Part shown: positions 60,143 to 64,000 of the stretch, one piece after another
Layout of the letters: each line of letters begins with the position of its first letter
How positions within the stretch are numbered: the first letter of the stretch is position 1
Assembly (NCBI GenBank): GCA_004431415.1
Contig: QPMI01000521.1
Span: 62,001 to 126,000, forward strand
From: Cyanophora paradoxa CCMP329
Taxonomy: Eukaryota > Plantae > Glaucophyta
Length of the DNA: 64,000 nucleotides
Direction of reading: 5' to 3'
Translations under genes and position numbers: made by a program
Notes under the pieces: generated by a model
The model's database searches: none
What the model was told of the DNA's origin: nothing
What the model saw: only the letters and a program-made list of their open reading frames with translations

Positions 60143-63047
60143 ATGTCGGGACTCGGCGGACGGACTGCTAGCTTCAAGGACCTCGCGTCCGGCGGCTCGA
60201 CGTCGGCACCGGATCAGAGGCCGAGGGCGATTCCGGGGATGGGTTCGAAGGTCATGTCCTTCGGCACTCTCTCGGCGGACGCCGCGACCGAGGAGTCCCG
60301 CCGCGAGCTCATGTGGCAGCTGATGTCGTCGTGTACGTGCCCTCACCGCCTTATAGAACGGATTCTAATTGCCATAAGTGCCGCGCCCGCTGTCTCGCCC
60401 TTTCGTCCGGATGTTGGCTGATTCGCTTCTCCCCATGCACCCGTCTCGCCCGTCCTCTTCGCCCGTCCTCGCCCGTTCCGTTCCTTCCTTCTCTCTGTTC
60501 CGTCATTCGGTGCTTCCCCGTAGACCTGCCGCGCGACGTGGAGTCCATTCAGGTAAGGGCGTCGCCCGCCCCGCTCCCCAGCCCGCAGCGGCGCCCGTTT
60601 AGAGGTGCGCGCAGCGTTACATCGTGAACCACATCGAGTACAGCCTCGCGCGTACGCGCTACAACTTCGACAACTACGGCTGTTACCAGGCGACGGCGCT
60701 CTCCGTGCGCGACCGCCTCATCGAGACCTTCAACGACACGAAGCAGTTCTTCGACGAGGCCAACCCGAAGATGTGCTACTACCTCTCCATGGAGTTCCTC
60801 ATGGGCCGCTCCCTCCAGAACGCCCTCTACAACCTCGGTCTTAAGGACAAGTACTCGGAGGCCCTCACGCAGCTCGGCTTCCAGCTTGAGGACCTGTACG
60901 AGCTCGAGAAGGACGCCGCTCTCGGCAACGGCGGTGCGCGCCGCCGGCCGCAGATGGTCGCTCCTCTCGCGGTCGCCCTGACCCGCCGCAGGTCTCGGCC
61001 GCCTCGCCGCGTGCTTCCTGGACTCTATGGCGACCCAGAACTACCCGGCCTGGGGCTACGGCATCCGCTACAAGTACGGCATGTTCAAGCAGGTAACTCA
61101 CGGCGCCGCGTTGCCGTTTCGCGCGCCGCGCGCGAACCGACCGCCGCCACAGGGCATCATGGACGGGTACCAGATCGAGGGCCCGGACTACTGGCTTCAG
61201 AACGGCAACCCGTGGGAGGTCCCCCGCCTCGACCTCGTGTACCCCGTCCGCTTCTACGGGTGCCAACCCTCGCCCGGGCCCTCTCTCCGCGCCGGCTGAG
61301 CGCCAGGCCCGCAGCACCGTCCGCCAGGAGCGCGGCCGCGCGGTCTGGGAGGGTGGCGAGATCGTCGAGGTGCGCGGGGTCGAATCCGGGCGGCTCGCGA
61401 TTGCCTTTTCCTTCCTTATCCGTCCTTCCTTAGGCCCTCGCCTACGACAACCCGATCCCCGGGTACGACACGTACAACTGCATCAACCTCCGCCTCTGGT
61501 CCGGCAAGCCCGGCAAGGAGTTCGACCTCGCCTCCTTCAACGAGGGTTCGAATCCCCGCGACGCCCTTTGGTTCCCTTCGCCGCCCTGATTCCCGCCCGC
61601 CAGGTGACTACGTCAAGGCCATCGAGGCGAAGCAGCGCTCGGAGAACATCTCCTCCGGTACCCCTCCCACGAGGCCTCTTCCCCTTCCTTCCCCCTCGCG
61701 CTCTGATCACCCCCCTCCCGGCAGTGCTGTACCCGAACGACCACACGGACCAGGGCAAGGAGCTCCGCCTCCGCCAGCAGTACTTCTTCGTGTCGGCCAC
61801 CCTCCAGGCGCGCCTTCCCCCTCCTTTCCCCCGCGTCCTCTTCCCCGCCTCGCTCACTCCCCTCGCGCAGGACGTGATCAAGCGCTTCAAGGGCCGGTAC
61901 CAATCCAACCCCAACTGGAAGGAGTTCCCCACCAAGGTACGCGCGAACCCCCCCCCCCCCCCCTCTTCCTCGCCCCGCTTCGCTTCAAATCTAACGGGCC
62001 CCGCCCTCGCCCGCCCGGCAGGTCGCGATCCAGCTCAACGACACGCACCCGACCATCGGCATCCCGGAGCTCATGCGCATCCTCATGGACCTCGAGGGCC
62101 TCTCCTGGGACGAGGCCTGGGCCATCACCGAGGTGCCCCCTTCTTCTTCTCCCCCCCTCTCTTTTTTCTCCTTTTTCTTCCTCGCTGACCCGCTTTCGTT
62201 CTTCTGTCCGCAGGCGACCTTCGGGTACACGAACCACACCGTGCTGCCGGAGGCCCTCGAGAAGTGGAGCGTGCCTCTCTTCCAGTCCCTCCTCCCCCGC
62301 CACCTCCAGGTACCCCCCTCCCGTTTGGTTCCCCCCTCTCCCCGCTGACGCGTACCCCGGCAGATCATCTACGACATCAACTGGAAGCTCATGCAGGCGG
62401 TTCAGGCGCGGTACCCCCGCGACTACGACCGCATGTCGCGCATGTCCATCATCGAGGAGGGCGACACCAAGGTATTCACCGTACCCCCCGCGCTCCCCCG
62501 CCTGGCCTAAGCCAAACGCGCGCAGAGCATCCGCATGGCGAACCTCGCCGTCGTCGGCTCGCACGCGACGAACGGCGTGGCGGCCCTCCACTCGGAGCTC
62601 GTCAAGAAGAACCTCTTCCCCGACTTCGTCGAGTTCTACGGGGCGCAGCGCTTCCAGAACAAGACGAACGGCGTGACGCCGCGCCGCTGGCTGCAGCAGA
62701 TCAACCCGGCGCTCACCGCGACCATCTCGAAGTGGCTCGGGACGTCCCAGTGGGTCGCCAATCTCGAGCTCCTCGCCGGCCTCCGCAAGTTCCAGGACAA
62801 CAAGGACCTTCAGAAGGAGTTCGAGGTCCGTCCGGCTCACCTGATCTGATCCGAGCTGCGTGATCTGATCTGATCCGATCTGATCTGATTTCTGCGCAGG
62901 ACGCGAAGCGGGAGGCGAAGGTGAAGCTCGCGGCGTACATCGAGAAGGCCAACGGCGTCAAGGTCTCCCCCGACGCCCTCTTCGACGTCCAGGTCCGTCT
63001 AGTACCCCTCGCGCCTTCACGTACCCCTAACCCGCCCTTTTTCGCAC

Positions 63048-63087
<40 letters not shown>

Positions 63088-64000
63088 AACATCCTCGGTG
63101 CCCCCGCTTTCCCTCGCACCAGCTTGGCTCGGCTCACTCGGCTCGCCCCGCAGGCATCATCGCGCGGTACAACAAAATCAAGTCGATGTCGCCGCAGGAC
63201 CGCAAGAACATCCAGCCCAAGGTGCGCGCACCGCGCGGGCCCGAACCCTGGCGTCCTCCCAGCCGACGCGCCCGCGCGCTCGCTCGCCCGCAGGTCTGCA
63301 TCCTGGGCGGGAAGGCGGCGCCGGGGTACTACATGGCGAAGCTCATCATCAAGCTGGCGAACGGCGTCGGCAAGCTGGTCAACAACGACCCCGACGTCGG
63401 CGACCTCCTCAAGGTCCGTCGTCGCAGTAGTACCCCCTCCCCCCCCCCCCCCCCCCCCAGAACCACCACGCCAACGCACCACCGCGCCGCCGCCGCCAGG
63501 TCGTCTTCCTGGCGAACTACAACGTGTCCCTGGCGTCCGTCATCATCCCCGCGAACGACATCTCGGAGCACATCTCCACCGCCGGTCCGCTCAGCTCGGC
63601 TCGCTCCGCTTAGCTTTTCTCCGCTTATTAGCTCCGCCCCGCTCCGCCCCGCAGGCACGGAGGCGTCGGGCACGTCGAACATGAAGTTCGTCATGAACGG
63701 CGGCCTCATCATCGGCACCCTCGACGGCGCCAACATCGAGGCCCGCCTTGATCCTCCTCCTCCCCTCCCCCATCCCCTCCTCTCAAGGGTGATCTGATGT
63801 GATCCGGCCTCAGATCCGCGAGGAGGGCGGCGACGACACCATGTTCATCTTCGGCCTCCTCACCGAGAAGGTAGCGAGCGCCCCCGCCTTTCTCTCTCAG
63901 AGCGCGTTCGGGCGCTGACGAGGCCCGTCCCTCCCTCCCTCCCGCACAGGTCGCCGAGGCGCAGCACAAGATGCGCTTCGACCCGCCCCCGATGGACGGC
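60143..64000 (+). CDS. Glycogen/starch phosphorylase, multi-exon, 3'-incomplete
   Basis: [24 protein letters not shown]|[81 protein letters not shown]. Confidence 0.97.

Noticed and set aside
8741-63969. Hundreds of overlapping Arg/Pro/Gly/Ala-rich ORFs in the ORF track
   Set aside because: Shadow frames caused by very high GC content. Real genes are spliced and identifiable by conserved motifs.
52509-64000. Starch-metabolism cluster (CBM20-like protein and phosphorylase)
   Set aside because: Separated by three unrelated genes, and the CBM20 call is weak.

Overview
Eukaryotic nuclear DNA, not prokaryotic. Most of the window (about 8.8-64 kb) is very GC-rich and gene-dense with many short introns, so most ORF-track entries there are shadow frames; gene models were rebuilt by hand across exons. 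The host is probably a flagellated, plastid-bearing alga. A glaucophyte (Cyanophora-like) is inferred from Phe-led transit-peptide-like leaders, a tandem-Cys phytochrome, a glucan phosphorylase with no obvious transit peptide, and RSP3. Host genes, in order: phytochrome hybrid His-kinase, TGD3/MlaF ABC ATPase, nucleotide-sugar transporter, NOB1, PsuG-PsuK fusion, HSP20, C2-domain protein, MsrA, DUF3419/BtaA-like protein, F-box/LRR protein, TRANK1-like SF1 helicase, RNI-like LRR protein, CBM20-like protein, SirB, RSP3, arsenite methyltransferase, glucan phosphorylase (runs off the window). The first ~8.7 kb is an AT-rich, intron-less block that looks like one end of an integrated DNA virus. It carries a phage-like HxH-repeat fibre gene, four paralogous genes with a shared N-terminal module and two types of C-terminal head (two C1q-like), a phage-type companion ORF and an HNH-AP2 endonuclease. 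Other highlights: a Cys-Cys phytochrome pocket, frequent GC-AG introns, a ~300-bp reciprocally decayed duplication around the HSP20/C2 block, and a RelE-like/UvrD/TPR candidate defence protein. Gene starts and ends are manual estimates.
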